55,087 nt of DNA, filler included, from Sphacelaria rigidula (GCA_964200075.2; 5 parts of 5 records of this genome joined end to end with filler, not necessarily neighbours in it); one strand, 5' to 3'; positions 38,506-50,949 are shown, counted from the first letter of the whole stretch. A program made the numbers and translations. The notes: generated from the letters alone by a model not told the origin.

Positions 38506-39144
38506 GTATACATGAGTGTTGGATATCGTATCGAAAGTTTCGATATATCGTATCGAAATATCGTTATCGTTATCGTGTCGAAAACTGTTCGATAATGATA
38601 ATGATAACGATAACGATAAGTTCGATACAATACGATACGATGATATAAACGATGTCTTTTTACCCGATTAATGAGTGATAATTCATCATATAGTTGGTGA
38701 GGCATAATTGTTAGGCTCTTACCCATTTTGCTTCTCGTGTTGGCGTTTCCTGCTTCTAAATTCGGGCAAGCAGATTCTCCAATGAGGTATGTCGGCTCCT
38801 TAATCATGCTACGTTGGGGTACAATGAAATTTGTCACACACCTTTGCTCGTTCATATGCGCCAATTATGCTCCCCCCCCCCCCCCCCCCCCCCCTCTCTT
38901 TTTTTTTTTTTCTTTATGTCCCGCTCCCTGTTCTTTTTTTTTTTNNNNNNNNNNTTTCCCCCCCCTTTTTCCGTTTTTTTGCCCCCTTTTTTCCCCCCCC
39001 CCCCCCCCCCCTTTGATTTTTCGTTTCATGCATTTCATTGCGCGCCCATTTCTTTTTCTGATGTCTCCGGGTTCGCGTAGTGGTGTATGTTCTAAATCGT
39101 CTACTTCAAGTTCAACGCCAGGATGACGGGCACAATATTGCATA

Positions 39145-40501
39145 CAGTAGTGGTCCCGCTTTAGCGGTGACCTGTTTAGCGGATGGTACCGATTTAGCGG
39201 TAAAAGTTTGGCTGACACCGTTCCCTCCCGGTTTAGCGGTTGTATAACCGCTAAACCGGACGGTGACCGTTTCAGCGGTTATCTAGGGCGGTTGAATCCG
39301 GAATAGCGGTAGTGTGCTCCACAGTACTATACTGTACCGCTGTACAACGGCATTGCAGCAGCAGTAGTTGTCGAGCCCCTGCTGCTGTAGACGAGCGACA
39401 CACACAGCTACTGTAAACACGACACAACTTCTGCTGCAAACACACGACACACACAGCTAGCTACATACAGCACTGCGAGCGGCAGCTATCCGTTGAAACC
39501 AGCAGTATTAGAGTTCTGCAAGCTTCCCAATATGACACCAATTGAGCCCAACGGGCATCCGTGTCGCGGTGGGTGTGGACGCCGCCTCCACGGCTGTTGC
39601 GGCGAGGTGGAGGATCCTGAGGGTAGCGAGATGAATCGTATCTGCCAGCCTTGCTGCGGACAAGCTAAGTACCCTCCAAGCAACACTGAAAGGGGCAGCT
39701 CGAGTGCGGCCAAGCGCAAAACTCCACAGGGAGGAGGCTCTCGGCAGGACGTTGAGACTGCGGGACAAGAGTTGTCGATGGCGCCACCGCCGTACTCGGA
39801 TATCTCGTCGCTTTCTGGGAAACTAGAGCAGTACGTAGAGTCGTGTGGTATCGGAGACGCGGGGTTCCATCTTCGCAAGGCGAATGTGTCTTCTCTTGCG
39901 GCGTACGCTTCTAGACCAACAAAGCAGACATACATCAGGACCATGTTTTCCAAGTCGTGGTCGATACTGCTGTTCACCCGATGCACAAGATTTGATTGAA
40001 CATCTTGCTTCGTTTCGTTTTGCTGAAGTATACAGTACTGGACTCGTGTTAGCAAGAGGACTTGCTGTAGCATACAGCAGTAGAAGGGGTCTCCAGCAGT
40101 TGTGGTGTACAAGTATCAGGATGGTGAAATGGTGTGAGCCAGGTGGGGGGGGGGGGCAGAGTTTTTTTCATAAATTTCCTTACTTCGAAGTGCAGCAGTA
40201 ATGCTGTACAGCAGTACTGTACTGTATAAAGTTTTGGTCGACATTCGCAGTCTCTTACGCACTATCGCAGCGTAATCGTCCTGTTGGTTCTACTGCGCTG
40301 TAGTACTGTACTGCTGCATACAGCAGCCACGCATGACACAATCGAAATTTCATGTCATAAAGAAAAAACTGCTCTTGTACCGAGTTGACGGGTTTTACCC
40401 GGTTTAGCGGTTCATACCGCTAAACCGGACTAGTGCTGGTCCCGGTTTAGCGATAATTTACCCTCTTGACACTAGGTACCGCTATACCGGAACCGCTGCT
40501 G
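39145..40501 (+). mobile_element. Internally deleted pogo-like (Tc1/mariner superfamily) DNA transposon
   Basis: TIRs CAGTAGTGGTCCCGCTTTAGCGGT / ACCGCTATACCGGAACCGCTGCTG with TA on both flanks. Many TTTAGCGG subterminal motifs. Confidence 0.85.
39493..39999 (+). pseudogene. Transposase remnant ORF: PHD-like Cys/His finger fused to a C-terminal PIP-box-like tail, no DDE domain
   Basis: C-x14-C-x3-C-x4-H-x2-C...C-x2-C, a basic AAKRK patch and KQTYIRTMF. It lies inside the pogo-like TIRs. Confidence 0.6.
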
Positions 40502-40625
40502 TACTCGTATTTAATCCAATACAGAGGTGCCCGGGGTGCCTTCATGCTCTCTCACGACCTCTTGTCTTAACTTTCTGCTCAAAATGGAAGTACACGTGGC
40601 AACATGTGTTCGTTATTCCTGTTAT

Positions 40626-40790
40626 GACACGGAATCTTACAAATTGCGGGTGCTTTTTCTAAAAAATTAGCCTTGGGAACGTTCACAAGCAAGCATTCAA
40701 CACTTCCGAGGGAAACTACAAGTGCATTCTCCGGCCGTGATGTGTGGCCTCACTCACTTGAAAAACCAGCAAGTTGTATAATCCCGTGTT
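40626..40790. mobile_element. Short MITE of the ACACGGGATCTTACAA-TIR family
   Basis: GACACGGAATCTTACAAATTGC ... GCAAGTTGTATAATCCCGTGTT. Confidence 0.6.
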
Positions 40791-40843
40791 TTCTCCGAAC
40801 AATTTCGACCTCCGCTCCTTCCCATTTTTCATAATCCCTTGTT

Positions 40844-41021
40844 AGCACGGGATCTTACAAGTTGCGGATGTATATATATATACATATATATTAATGAGCG
40901 AGGCCGCACATCACGGCCGGAGAGGACGTTTGCATCTTTTCAAAATATTTCGAGTCTTACAAAGGTTCCCAAGGGTCATCCTCGAAAGCAAATCCATCCG
41001 CAAGTTGTGATATCCCATGTT
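40844..41021. mobile_element. Second short MITE of the same TIR family
   Basis: AGCACGGGATCTTACAAGTTGCGGATG ... CATCCGCAAGTTGTGATATCCCATGTT. Confidence 0.65.
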
Positions 41022-43532
41022 TAATGCTCCTGACTCTGCTGGGAATGGTCCGAGTGGTTCTGCCGATGCCTTTTTTGTCAAACCTTCTTCGATTGCGCTT
41101 GTTTTCCTTTGGTGCAAATTTACTCATATTTCTGCGACCAGAATGGATAAGAAGACCGTGGTGATTCCTGGGTTTTGTCAAACCCGGACCCGTTCATTTC
41201 TCCCGGGCTTGGAGGCCTTGAATAAAGTAAGCCAATTTTGATGGGGATTGAAGCTACAAATAGAAATTTCTTGCCTCCGGCGGCGCCTCACGCGGGCCCC
41301 TGTCACGAGTCGGGGGGGGGGATATTTGAGGCTCGCGCAGCGAGCGGCTCGCTGTGCTCACGGTTCGACTTCGCCGAATTTTATCGAAAATCGTCATTAT
41401 CGAACGCTAAAAACGTCGATATCGTATCGAAGTGCTAAATGGTTCGAAATCCGACACTAGTATATATCCTGTTTAACTGTGCTGCTTTACAAAATCACTC
41501 ACGCCCTCTCTCATGTGTTGTAGCTGTCACTGCGTTTTGGTGTGTTTAGATCTTTGTGAAGACGGTACGGTCTGCGCTGGGACTGCCTGATTTGCTTTAT
41601 CGCGAGTGTGTTCGTCTCTATCGAAAATAATGGTAGTCGGGACGCAGTGCTATCCGTTGAAAACTTCATGGTGTGCTAGCGGTTCCGTCTTCCGTCAAAC
41701 GAACAAAGCGCTTTCCATACCCACCATTTCTATGCTATAGCTGTCGCTGTGCTCTTGTGCACATGAACACTCTACGATGAAGACGGTGTAATGTGCGCTG
41801 GAGAGGCCTGAACAGCTGTCCTGCTGCATGTCGTGTTTCGGGCTGTACAGAATTGGGGTGGGATCATAGTGCTGTCTATACAAAGTGGAAAAAAATCACA
41901 TGATGGCTGTGCAGCTGTCCATTGCGTCTTATTTGGTACTTTAGTTGTAGTCGGGTGCTGTGATTGGGGAAGACACGCAAGACTGGTGCATGCAGATTAG
42001 GGCAGCCAAACGGAGCCAGCACGGAGCTTCTGTGTCCTCTGCGAGTGATGATCGCAGCTGTTTGTCTCGTAGCGGGGGGCAATGTGTGGACCAATCAAGG
42101 CTACTTGGCAATTCATACGCAACTCCTTTCTCTCATCTGATCGGTGAAAGGTCGCCGAATGTTCATACAGGCTGGTTCACGGAAAAAAAACAAATTCTGT
42201 CATCAGCGAATGCCTTCTGCAATACGCACCCAATGGTCGCATACATGGTATCATACTGACCGCAACGAACAGACGAAGAGGGTGACATAGCCGTATTTTT
42301 GTTCAAGGCTATAGCGGTGGCGCTGTGGACAAAAATGTGTCTCGACCAATCAGCGCCTTTCGAACTGTTCCGAAATTCAAAATACGAATTCCAAGCCCAA
42401 TTTCCACCGAATATCCACGTGCTTTAAATCGTAGTGACCGTCATCACCTCAAGAATCTAAGGGGAGAATAGGATTTGAAATCGGTTCCAACGGGGTCGAA
42501 TTATACCCGAAACAGTAATGTTTCGGTGATGTGGAGTTTGGCGTCGTCAAATTTCCTCTCAACCGTGGATCGTAGGAAATGGGATTCATCTAAAAGATGA
42601 GGTTAAAGTGGCATTTATCTTTTGCAGGGAAGACACGAAACACTTACGACCGAGCGAAGCCATCTTCCCCTCCAAATGTCCGCAGCAGTTAAGCAGCTGT
42701 GGTTAGGTGCACCTTACAGATGCGGTGTGCACGCGTGTCGATGACGATATCACCACAGAGAGAAGCAACGACAGAGAGGAAGCTCCTCGCCCATGTCCTT
42801 TGTGTGTCCTCGCTCGGCGATTACCAATCGCTCGAGAAACTGGCATCATCGATGTTACTATATCAGCATGTGCCAAATTGTTCATATGCCAGAAAATCTA
42901 CGTGCGGAGAGATTCCGTCTCTTCTTGCCTGTCGCCAACGCGAAAATCGATTTCTCTCTGCCTCTCCTTTTGGACAGGACGCGCCTCTGTACGCTGAAAA
43001 ACATGTCGTTGAAAAATAGGGTAATGTTCCCGTCACCGCTACTACTGTTCTCTGCCACACACTTGCCAGCAAGGGCGGTGCTGCGGCAACAACAGATAGA
43101 TCCAATTTGAACTTAGCGGGTGTTATTCATCGTTGATTTTCGCCGACCTCCCCCTAACCGGGTGCCCGAGCAGAAGAGCGTGCCACACGCCAGTTGAGGG
43201 GGGTGTATGAGAGATCAATCACTTGTAGAGACCTTTTTGACATACGCAGTATAAAGAGATACCCATAGTAGTGATCTAACCGTTGCGAGCGTGGTGCAGA
43301 GGGGTGCGTCCATGCTGCAATCTGGAGCACGCGCTGGCTGCGTGAGCACCTCGGTCAGTAGCTTTCGAGAAATAATTCCGATGTGACGAGGTCCCGCGTT
43401 ACCATATGAACCCACGAAGAACAAGGGTGCTCTATGATCAACCACTTGTCGTTGCATTTGACACCCACGCCATCAACCGCCAGCCTCAAAGGTCTTGTGG
43501 TTTTCAAGCAACGCTGGCGGCAGTACGGCCGG

Positions 43533-44054
43533 CAAACCCGATCATGGCTACCTTTCGTCGCTCTGCTGGACTGACCGGCGTATGTCGCGATCTCTGTAAA
43601 AACGGAAAGGTTCGTTTTTTTCAACTACATGAACATGATTAAATGACTCTCGTGGTCTGAGGAAAAGCGGCCGCTTTGGGTCCGTCAACACGTTTGAAGA
43701 TACTGAAAAAAAAGCAATACTAACCTTTCCAGAGATGCGAATACCGCAAAAAATACAGAACGCGTTCTTACTAGAAAGCAACGGGCATCAAACGGTTTGC
43801 AGCTTGAAAGACGAGGAATTTAATAAAGGGGCACCTATATGTTTCCCCGCGAGTGGTACCTTCGATTGGAAACTCTCTGCCGGCCTCCTTGTTTACCTGG
43901 CAGGAGGACAGGGAAGACGCCTTTCTTTAGACCACGAGAGTCATTTAATCATGTTCATGTAGTTGAAAAAAACGAACCTTTCCGTTTTTACAGAGATCGC
44001 GACATACGCCGGTCAGTCCAGCAGAGCGACGAAAGGTAGCCATGATCGGGTTTG
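43533..44054. repeat. 126-bp inverted repeat (43533-43658 / 43929-44054) with a 270-bp spacer, truncated by the block end
   Basis: The arms appear identical on inspection. The ORF track also shows the same peptide (RPRESFNHVHVVEKNEPFRFYRDRDIRRSVQQSDER) on both strands. Confidence 0.92.
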
Positions 44055-44154
44055 NNNNNNNNNNNNNNNNNNNNNNNNNNNNNNNNNNNNNNNNNNNNTT
44101 AATTAATTAANNNNNNNNNNNNNNNNNNNNNNNNNNNNNNNNNNNNNNNNNNNN
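44055..44154. other. Artificial contig linker
   Basis: N44-TTAATTAATTAA-N44. Confidence 0.97.
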
Positions 44155-47122
44155 GAGGCCAGTGGATTCTGGAGAAGTCCCTCACTGAATAGCCCTCTTG
44201 TCCAGATCGTCTGGCAGAGGCTATAGGTTAGATGATTAATACAATATGCTGATCATGGCCCAACTCGTCCGTGTCCACGAGATATTGCTTTGAGAGCTTA
44301 TATCCGTGTCTAGGCTGGCCCACCTCCTATACACTCGGGTATTTTACTCGAGTACTCAAAAGTACATACTCTACTCGACCTGCCCTTGCGACTTTATCAT
44401 CCGCGATTCATACCGGATGAATCTTGGGTACACGATTCGCATTCAATATTCACGCGGAGTCAATTCGTATGTATGGTGATTCGTCCGAAGCGTGCACTTT
44501 TCATTTGCACGCACAGGAAGCTGACGGCTTGACGTCACCCTTGTACCAACATCAAAGCGCATGTTACCATGCACAACATGAAAAAATCTATCACGTATGT
44601 CAGGTACTTCTTCGTTTACAAGACAGAAAGTAACACCGCACGAAACCTTCAACGGCACGGTAACACCACTTTCAATATATTGTTCACTCAATCGGGATTA
44701 TTCACAGACGCTATTTCACGTTCACTCGAGAGTTTGAGGGTCAGTAGGCGGTGAAAAACGGAACAGGTCGTGCTCAGGGCACATGTTCCAATTGTGGGTT
44801 GTCGGAACAGTGTGTCGTAAAATCCCGTTTATTGAGGGGGTGTTATTGACCGCATAAAACCCCAACATACGATTTTCGGCTTTTGCGCAATGACTAGCGA
44901 GAACATAGAAAAACTGGAGGCATGGAATTGTTCATTACAGCACTCGGATCGGTTCGGACGAGCAAAAATATCAAAGAGCGAGAACCGGGGGCTGCAACCT
45001 CGTAGGACCCCGAAAGACCGGTGAGAGCGTATCTCGTTCAAAATTGATCTTTTATCATTTTTTCTAATCGAGACTGGTGTCGGGTACTCGTGTGTCTCGA
45101 TTCCCAAGGTTTGGGATCAAACAGACACCGTGGTGAGTCATGGTAACCGGAAAACCTGAAAAATCGCTTTCAATCGGAAATGTTTTTTTACAGTTGTTCT
45201 AGTACATATTGGCAATGGTATGCACACAGAAGACCATAGCTCACGTCTTCTACCACGCTACTTGTCCTGTTCAAGAGTGACAACCGTCCGACACCTTCAC
45301 GTTCCATGTAGCTTCGCATGAAAACCCCACGTCTGGATGTCACTTCTTCCATGTTCCCAATCTTGAAAAGAAGGAATGCACGCCTTCGTACCATTCTCCA
45401 AGCACATGACGAAATTCCGATAGCCAACGCCACCTGCCATGTGCCATCTCACAAGTTCCTCCAACACCTCGGCGCCACTTCTCCATCACGATACGAGACC
45501 CGAGGTCAACACATTCACGCCACTCTCATTTCATCGGAGCCCCCCCGTTTCAACGCACGGCCTCATGTGCTCGAGCAAAGGCCAAGTCAACATTCCTGTC
45601 GGCATCTCCTCGTGTACAATACACAAGACGAGGTAGGTACCTTGGCGTCTCTCCTCATGTTCAAACCCAAACCCGAAACCTTATGCAACTTTCGGGCTAT
45701 CCCCCATGTGCAAAACGAAAATCGATTCCCCTCGCCTGCAACCACGGAGTGGGAGTGAATCATACATGAAATGAATCGCGCAACTGTCATGTTCGAACAG
45801 CTCACGTACAAAATAAAAAAACAAGTAGACGCCCAAACGCCGCTGGTCCTATATCTACTCGTTTTCTGACCAACATCGAACCAATGCTAAGCGCCGTATA
45901 TTAATGCCGCAAATCATGCGTACACCCAAAATGAAGACTAATAACCTCCCATACCTACAACCTTCAACAATATGAAATATCAAGTCGGCTCGACGCCTTC
46001 ACACCAGTCATGATGCACAAAATCAAACGCAGAATTTCCCACACTCTCTTGAATCCTCGTGCGGAACACTAAAGGAAAACAAGCGCCACAAGCAACGGTG
46101 GCCAACGCCAAAAAACATGTCTCAGCCAGCGTGTATATATTCTGCCGGGTCCACCGGTTCTAAGTGAATAACATTACAGTCATTGAGCGCACGCCCAAGG
46201 CAACGTGGTGTGAAACCGCCCGCATCTCATTTCCTCATGGTCAAGACTTGCGAGCGATATCGACACCACCTTCTAAACAAAAATACATACTCCAGAAGAC
46301 GTCAATCCGGTATGCACAATACGAGACGACCCACTTCTTATTCGTGGATCGCCATGTACACAGCAGAAACTAGCACAGCATCACCCCCGCCAACCGACAT
46401 TCACGCCCTTGGCTTAACGTGACTAACCCTGTGCAACGCAGCACCCACGTCCCGCCTATGTAAAAATTTGCAAGCAGAAGTCCATATGTTCTGAATGATA
46501 CTTTCTCATGGATATAACACTCCTAGAGTGCATGCCGTCCTGCTACTCGCCCTTTTCAAAAGCGGAGCTCGCTATCCCACATCCCTCGCCATGTGTTTCA
46601 TCAAAGGTGCCGCCAACACCCTGGTGTCAGCAGTTTTCATCGTGACACCAACCCGAGGCCAACACCTTCACTTCACTCCTGATTTAGCTGGAGCCTACCG
46701 CTCAAGACTACACGCCGTACTGGAAAGCAAGAGAAATGCCAATGTCCGTAGGTCAATCTTCATGTACAGTATGCAAACCAACGTCCGAGCCTTGGCGACA
46801 CTCCTCATGTACAAAGCCAAATCTGGAATAGCTCCTGTGCGATTCTCAACCCGCAGAATCAAAGCCTCCGCGCATGCGGTCGCGCAACGAGTAAACTATG
46901 CGAAGGAAATGCAAAGTCAACACGTTCGAATCACTCGTCGAGACCAAATATGGACAAGTTCAAACCAAAAACGCTACCCGTGCTCTACATCGTCAAGGTA
47001 ACGTAAGATGTCTTCCTACGCCGCATCTCATGGACGAGACCAGAAAATGTAGGCCAGAGCCTGTCAGGCCAACAACGTCTAGTACCAAATTCCAAGTCGG
47101 CTCTGAGCCTTCGCGTCAATCT

Positions 47123-47420
47123 TGATTGGTTGATTGATTGTCGCACTTTAACTGACCCCCCGGGGGTCCAGCCGTGGTCTCATGATGGACGTACCCAAAA
47201 AAAACGAAATTGAAACACGCCCTGGAAAAACAGAAAGAAACAGAACAAAACAAAAAAGCCGAACAGAACGACACAGCAGACTAAGTCGTAACAAATAGAA
47301 AAGTCAACACAAGCAAAGCACACAAAGAAATGGCCGACCTAAAACAAACAAAAAAAAGCAAAATAAGAGGAAAGTAAAGGGCGAATGAAATAGAATGCAA
47401 TGAAAGGAAAAGGCCCAAGG
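47123..47420 (-). mobile_element. 5'-truncated LINE/SINE 3' end with (CAAT)n tail
   Basis: The + strand reads TTGATTGATTGTCGCACTTTAACTGACCCCCG..., followed by an A-rich tract. It interrupts the 1.1-kb repeat; a second copy is at 48083. Confidence 0.65.
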
Positions 47421-48082
47421 GATTCCTGATGTACAAAACCTAATCCCAAAACGCTCTTTCGTCATAATCATATACGAATATCTAAGACACTCGCTGCCGT
47501 CAACAGCGGGTTGTGTGACGTGCCAAACACGATACCCGTGCCATCAGACATAATCAACCGAGCGTGTGTAGACTGCCCGGCTAACCGATTCCAACAACAA
47601 CCCATGACTACCTTACGTACTCCTCGATGAATGTGGTACAATAGTGTACGAACTCACTGGCAAAGTTCATATCTAGAAGCCACTTCACCATGTTCATGAT
47701 ACAACAAGAGTGCAAGGCTTTCATGCCACGCGTGCGTAATGTACAAAACTGGAGCTCACTAGCCAATGTCGCCTGTGATTTACGGTATCAAAAGCATCAT
47801 CATGTTGGCGCGAGCTCTCATATATGGCAGGAGAACCGAGGCCAACCACTTCGTCCCATTCCTCATATCGACCGATCCGCGCCCCTTCACTTCACGCCCC
47901 ATGTGCAAGGCGAAGCCAATACTAACAGCTGTATGTCCCTCTTCGTGTACAAAAACATGCAATCGACCATAAACACCTTCAAGTCAGCCCTCATGCACGA
48001 AAGAAAAACCCTACACAACTGTCACACGATTCTCCATGCACAAAAACAATACCAAGCCCCCCCGTCTACCACGTCACATAAC

Positions 48083-48260
48083 GTTGATTGATTGTCGCAC
48101 ATTAACTGATCCCCGAGGTCATTATCCAGCCGTGGTCATTATCCACAAGGGAGACGTACCCAAGATAAACAAAACGGAAACACTCGCCGGAGAAAAGCGA
48201 AGAAAAAGACAGCTAGAACAAGAAAACAAAAAACAACAAAAGGACCAAAACATATATCAC
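48083..48260 (-). mobile_element. Second LINE/SINE 3'-end copy with (CAAT)n tail
   Basis: TTGATTGATTGTCGCACATTAACTGATCCCCG...CCAGCCGTGGTC...GACGTACCCAA, homologous to 47130-47200. Confidence 0.65.
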
Positions 48261-50689
48261 CGGTCTCTGCGACATGACTTCAGGTCGAATGAGGTCTTGC
48301 GCAAAAGCACATGCACTCACACTCAGACAAACACGAAATCAATAAAAAAGGGTACGAAGACCAAACTCAAAACCAATACGCTTGCATTGATTTCAATGAT
48401 CAAAATGAGTACAACATGAATGTAGCAGACACGCCTTACTTCTTACAGCACCTCACGCGCAAACACTATGAAAAGCAAAACACACGCAACGCCTGCTGGG
48501 CTCACAACGTCCAATGCCCAGTAAAAGCCAAGTTCACGACTTCACATAAATCGTTACGTGCACCAAATGAACACAAAAACACTTATCCCTCCCTTTAAAC
48601 ACTCGCTGACAGAGACGAGGCTATACGCCTGGCATCAACAACGATTCGTGCGATGGGTCACACAATTTGCCCATGTCATCAGACAACGCCATACGAGCAC
48701 GTGCATACTGATGGACTCATCGGTTTCGAGCAAGGGGGTGTTGTCACCACGCTTACGTCTTGGTAAACACGGTGTGGGACGACCTCCAGCCCATCTCCCC
48801 ATCATCAAAAGCAGCGTGCATCATCGAGACCACATTCTCAAAAAACGATCCTTGAAAAGTCAAGGTATAGATGCTGCTCCAGACACGTTCTAACGAAACC
48901 TGTCAATGAAACAGAATAGATAAACATGTTTTGTCCACTTGTTCATCTAGTTGTGGCTCGAAAACAACCATGCACAGAAGGCGATGAATGCGCTATCTAA
49001 CATAGAGCAATACCTCCTCCAACCAAGGCATACCTGGTATTTTGCATGGCCTTAATGTGCCAGTGTAACGGTATACACGTACGATCGAGATAAATAGGTC
49101 ACCGTGCGTAGTGACACTTTTGCAAAGCCCCACGTAGTGTAACCCATCATTTTTACCTACCACAAATCGAACTTGGTTTGTGGATACATCATTATCCTTC
49201 AAAACCCACAGAGCTGAAACAGCTGTCTCGAAACAGCACTCGCACCCTTCGCGCTGCTTCATGAGGCTCAAATGCCATATATCAGTTGCAAATTTTCTGG
49301 ACGGCGGGTCACAATTTGAAGCATGTGGGCGTCTGCGAGACTGGCTGATGTTGTATGTCCGAGCTCTCAGTCAGCAGCACTCTTGGCGTGGAGGTGTCAC
49401 GAGATGGGGCCGAACAACTGTGATACTGTGTGGGGTAGCGCCATTGGTCGTCCGTCGATCCCTGCAGTAACATGTGTATCGTTTCCGCCCACCCTGGTAT
49501 AGGATGGCTGAGCTGCTCGTCAGTCATCTCAGTTTTATCGGCCCACACACTTTTACGAGAGAAGCAGCGGGCCCAACAGAAGTTTTAAAGAGATCGATAT
49601 TGAATCGAACATGACTTTCTGCGTCGTCAGCCTCGCGCACCAAGGAGAACTGCGCCTGTGTTCCCTTTGCTTCGTTCCTCCTCAATCCCCGTATCTGTCG
49701 CGCCGCCATTCTTGGCGGTGGGTAGTCCTCGACAATACGCGAAGTATAAATCATGTGTCAACAGCCCCCACCGACAAAGCGAACGCGTCGCGTCGCTTCA
49801 TCCCGATCTCGAAATCGTCCACACCCATTTTTGGTCCATTTACCCCAGTGTGAGCCTTGGCGAGTCGATCTCCTATTACGAACTCTGCTGCTGTAAATCG
49901 TAAGGGCGTCGCCAGTGGAGAATTGAACGCGACCGAAGTTTTTCCATGGCGTCAGCTGCAAGCCTATGGACGTATTACACTGTGCTTCCTTGACCTGCAC
50001 CACTGTGCTGACTGCACAATCGTACCATTAGCAAAGGATCCCGTCATGGAGCCGCTGCGTCTTCTTTTCCTTCGTTTTCCCTCACCCCTCCTCATTCCCC
50101 CGTGTATACCTCTCTACTGTACGAGACGATCGGCTCGGTGACAACAGCATAAGCTTTCGCCGTCAACTATACTCTCTTCCGTCAAACCCCTCCGCATCAC
50201 CCATAAGTCGGTTCACCGTCCCTACATGAGACGTGCTATTTTCGTCCCCGTTTTGTTTTCCCAAATCTTCACACATATATTCACTTCGACGCGACGGTCA
50301 CAACACATGCCCCAGACCTTGGTCGCTTCGCCGATCGCGGTTGCGTAAAGCAATCACACGGAGCGCCGGTGCCATCTTCTCCTTGTTCTCCTCTGGCCGC
50401 TGCTGTAAGTTTTGCCTTACATGATGTCAGGACGTATCACCAGGGTGTTACATACCGTCGGAGTAGACAAGTGTGAACCGCCGTTCACATGGCCGAAGTA
50501 GACATGCCTGCTGTGTATCCCGATTTCCGCCACGATTGCCGCAAGAATATGTCGACGCGGGAACGTGTTCTCCCGTAGGTGCCCTTTAGATCCATTTTAG
50601 CTCTTTCGAATCCCCACCTTTCCTACCGTCTCCTCTCTTTCTTCTTTTTATAGTTACCAATGTGACAGTTCATGCCGTCCAGTCACCGC

Positions 50690-50949
50690 CCGATGATGGC
50701 ATCGGAGGTGCCGCCAACAGGTGTATGGTCCTGTTGCTGCACCAAAGTAGGTAGGGCACGATCAAGCCCCATGTTGCCGGTATCCCGCGGCCCGGTACCG
50801 CCGCCTTCTAGGTAAATAAACGATTAACGGCAGCTAGCCGCTGTCCGATGATGGCATCGGAGTTGCCGCCAACGGGTGTCTTGTCTTGTTGTTGCACGAA
50901 AGTAGGTAGGCACGATCAATCCCTATGTTGTCGGTACCCTGGGGCCCGG
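50690..50949 (+). repeat. Direct repeat, ~105-bp core, 155-bp offset
   Basis: CCGATGATGGCATCGGAG(G/T)TGCCGCCAAC...AAAGTAGGTAGG...GGCCCGG at 50690 and 50845. Confidence 0.85.

Larger units (their letters stand above)
38514..41459. mobile_element. Non-autonomous hAT-like element carrying nested insertions
   Basis: 15-bp TIRs GAGTGTTGGATATCG / CGAAATCCGACACTA (12/15 match). 8-bp flanks GTATACAT / GTATATAT. TATCG subterminal repeats at both ends. Confidence 0.8.
45300..48700 (+). repeat. Old, diverged ~1.1-kb tandem repeat (three units)
   Basis: Anchor CGAGG(T/C)CAAC at 45501, 46654 and 47837. CAAGTCGGCTC...GCCTTC at about 45981 and 47093. CTC(A/G)TGT motifs recur at matching offsets. Confidence 0.7.

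Noticed and set aside
38870..39015. Poly-Pro/poly-Phe ORFs
   Set aside because: Homopolymer-degraded sequence flanking a 10-N gap.
49614..49632. CTGACGA-CGCA-GAAA on the minus strand, hammerhead-like core
   Set aside because: No stem II closing pair and no convincing stems I and III.
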